A DNA stretch of 59,237 bases. Source: a virus. Its lineage: Duplodnaviria > Caudoviricetes. Location of the stretch: IMG/VR virus record IMGVR_UViG_3300027896_000047, positions 1 through 59,237 of that record; one strand, 5' to 3'. The position numbers were made by a program, and so were the translations under genes. How positions within the stretch are numbered: position 1 is the stretch's first letter; each line of letters begins with the position of its first letter. Below the pieces are notes generated by a model that ran no database searches, had not been told where the DNA came from, and worked only from the letters and a program-made list of their open reading frames with translations. Shown here one piece after another: positions 57,468 to 59,237 of the stretch.

Positions 57468-59237
57468 ATGATTAGCATTACAGCCCCTATTTCGATTCTA
57501 CAATCGACTATATCAGCACCAATTATACAGAATATCTCTACTATTAATGCTCCAATACAAGTAGGTATTAGAGGAGACTCTGCGTATCAGGCATGGTTAA
57601 ATGCTGGTAATAGTGGGACTTTACAAGATTTTGTTGCTTCTCTTAAAGGAGACGACGGCAAATCTGCATATCAGGTTTGGTTAGACTTAGGGCATACGGG
57701 CACTGAACAAGATTTTCTTGAATCATTAGTTATATCAGCTAATGGTATTGAAATAGGAGATAATTCTCATAATGTAATGACAAATGTCTTACATTTTAAT
57801 AACTCTAACAATGTATCTTTTGGATATACAAACGGAACTTTAACAGCTTCAGTAAATGTTGGAAATCAGTCATCATTAGTTTTCCAAGGTTCAAATAATG
57901 TACATTTTGGAATAAATGGTTCGACTTTAACAGCATCTGTAGATACTATTGCACAATCTGCATATGTATTCTCAAATAGTAATAATGTATCTTTTGGAAC
58001 AAATGGAAGTACTGTAACAGCATCTGCATCTTATCCAAATCAATCAATACAAACACAAAATTCGGTATTAGTTTTAAATAGTTCAGGAAATGTTAGTTTT
58101 GGTAATGCTAATGGAGTTACTTTTGGTGGCAATAATGGAACTATTACTGCATCTGTACTTCCATTTAATCAGACAGTACAAACCCAAAATGTAGTTCAGA
58201 TTTTAGGTAGTTCTGGAAATATATCATTCTCAAATAGTAATGGAATTACTTTTGGAGCTGATGGATCCACAATTACAGCTAGTCATAATGGACTGACTAC
58301 TCAAAGTGGACAGGCTGTTAGTGCTTCAGGAGGTTCATCTACATTTCAGACATTAGTATTTGCTAATTCAAATGGAGTTACATTTAGTAATTCTAATGGT
58401 TCGATTATAGCATCATACACTGTTCCCACTATTCCTGGAGCAACAGTTTTTAACAATGGCAATAATGTAACATTTGGATTAAATGGATCCACAATGACTG
58501 CTTCTGTGTCATTTATCCAAAGTCAACAGCCGGTTTACTTTTCAGCATCTGGAACAAATACAAGTGGAAATACACTTCAATTCGGTAATTCTAATGGAGT
58601 GAGTTTCTCATTAAGTAATGGCTCATTGATTGCTACTGTTAAAACAGACTATCAATCAAGTAATGCTAATTATATAACATCACAATCTATACAAACCCAA
58701 AATTCAGTTCAAATACTTGGGAGTTCAGGTAATGTATCATTTGCAAATAGTAATGGTATTACATTTGGTGCAAATGCATCAACAATTACTGCCAGTCATA
58801 ACGGACTTACTACAGCAGCTCAATCCAATCATTCACATGGTAACCCTACATTAGCATTAACAAATTTAACTGGAACAACTGCTAGTAACAGTAATGGATT
58901 TACATTATCACTTTCAGCCGCTCCTGGGGGGTTAGGAGCTGATGGTTTTAATATACTTGGTGTAAATGGGGCTGGTACTCAATCAGCTACTACTTTACAA
59001 CTAAGTAATAGTAATAATGTAAGTTTCGGTCTTAATGCTGGTACAATTACAGCCTCAGCCTCTTACCCATCACAAACTATACAAACACAGAATGTTCATA
59101 ATCTGACATTTAGTGGTAACACAGCAGGAGTAATGGCACAAGTATCATCTGGAGTGCTTACAATCGCTGGTGGTAATAATATTACAATATCACAAAACGG
59201 TAATGCTATTACATTGAGTGGTGCTAATATAGGTGGG
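57468..59237 (+). CDS. Tail fibre/adhesin-like repeat protein (at least 590 aa, runs off the window edge)
   Basis: Not in the ORF track. ATG 57468 after GAGGT; two G.SAYQ.W...G..GT..DF..SL units, then about 10 copies of F.NSN(N/G)V(S/T)FG.NGS(T)ITAS. Confidence 0.8.
   Translation, partial: MISITAPISILQSTISAPIIQNISTINAPIQVGIRGDSAYQAWLNAGNSGTLQDFVASLKGDDGKSAYQVWLDLGHTGTEQDFLESLVISANGIEIGDNSHNVMTNVLHFNNSNNVSFGYTNGTLTASVNVGNQSSLVFQGSNNVHFGINGSTLTASVDTIAQSAYVFSNSNNVSFGTNGSTVTASASYPNQSIQTQNSVLVLNSSGNVSFGNANGVTFGGNNGTITASVLPFNQTVQTQNVVQILGSSGNISFSNSNGITFGADGSTITASHNGLTTQSGQAVSASGGSSTFQTLVFANSNGVTFSNSNGSIIASYTVPTIPGATVFNNGNNVTFGLNGSTMTASVSFIQSQQPVYFSASGTNTSGNTLQFGNSNGVSFSLSNGSLIATVKTDYQSSNANYITSQSIQTQNSVQILGSSGNVSFANSNGITFGANASTITASHNGLTTAAQSNHSHGNPTLALTNLTGTTASNSNGFTLSLSAAPGGLGADGFNILGVNGAGTQSATTLQLSNSNNVSFGLNAGTITASASYPSQTIQTQNVHNLTFSGNTAGVMAQVSSGVLTIAGGNNITISQNGNAITLSGANIGG

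Noticed and set aside
57790-59080. CRISPR-like or DGR-like nucleotide repeats
   Set aside because: The repeats are degenerate at synonymous positions and in frame, so they are protein repeats. No reverse transcriptase is present in the window.

Overview
AT-rich fragment of a large (probably jumbo) tailed dsDNA phage, read in standard code 11. No CRISPR array, canonical tRNA or IS element was seen. The minus-strand block at 38.5-53.6 kb is the morphogenesis module: large terminase, ClpP-like protease, 2163-aa tape-measure-like protein, prohead protease/scaffold fusion, T4-gp23-like major capsid protein and two decoration-like proteins. Tail genes lie at both window edges. The plus-strand block at 1.5-38.4 kb is accessory and mostly preceded by sigma70-like promoters. 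It holds multi-HTH regulators, RNA-repair genes (RtcB, Thg1, metallophosphoesterase, a GGQ release-factor-like protein), nucleotide metabolism (ThyX, PurA-like) and NAD-dependent ligase; dNMP kinase and dUTPase lie in the plus-strand block after 53.7 kb. Three observations stand out. (1) A conserved helical protein gene is co-transcribed with an unannotated ~300-nt RNA carrying a circularly permuted tRNA-like domain (T arm, closed 20-bp acceptor stem, D arm; YrlA/Y-RNA topology), with no Ro60 gene in the window. (2) A complete deamidating NAD+ rebuilding pathway (NadM-Nudix, PncA, PncB, NadE) has a vWA-PP2C-kinase triad embedded in it. (3) Several enzymes carry altered catalytic motifs (caspase-like His>Asn and Cys>Ser, DHH>VHH, PurA Asp>Asn) near a PilZ protein and may be decoys. 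All family calls come from motif recognition by eye; no database searches were run.
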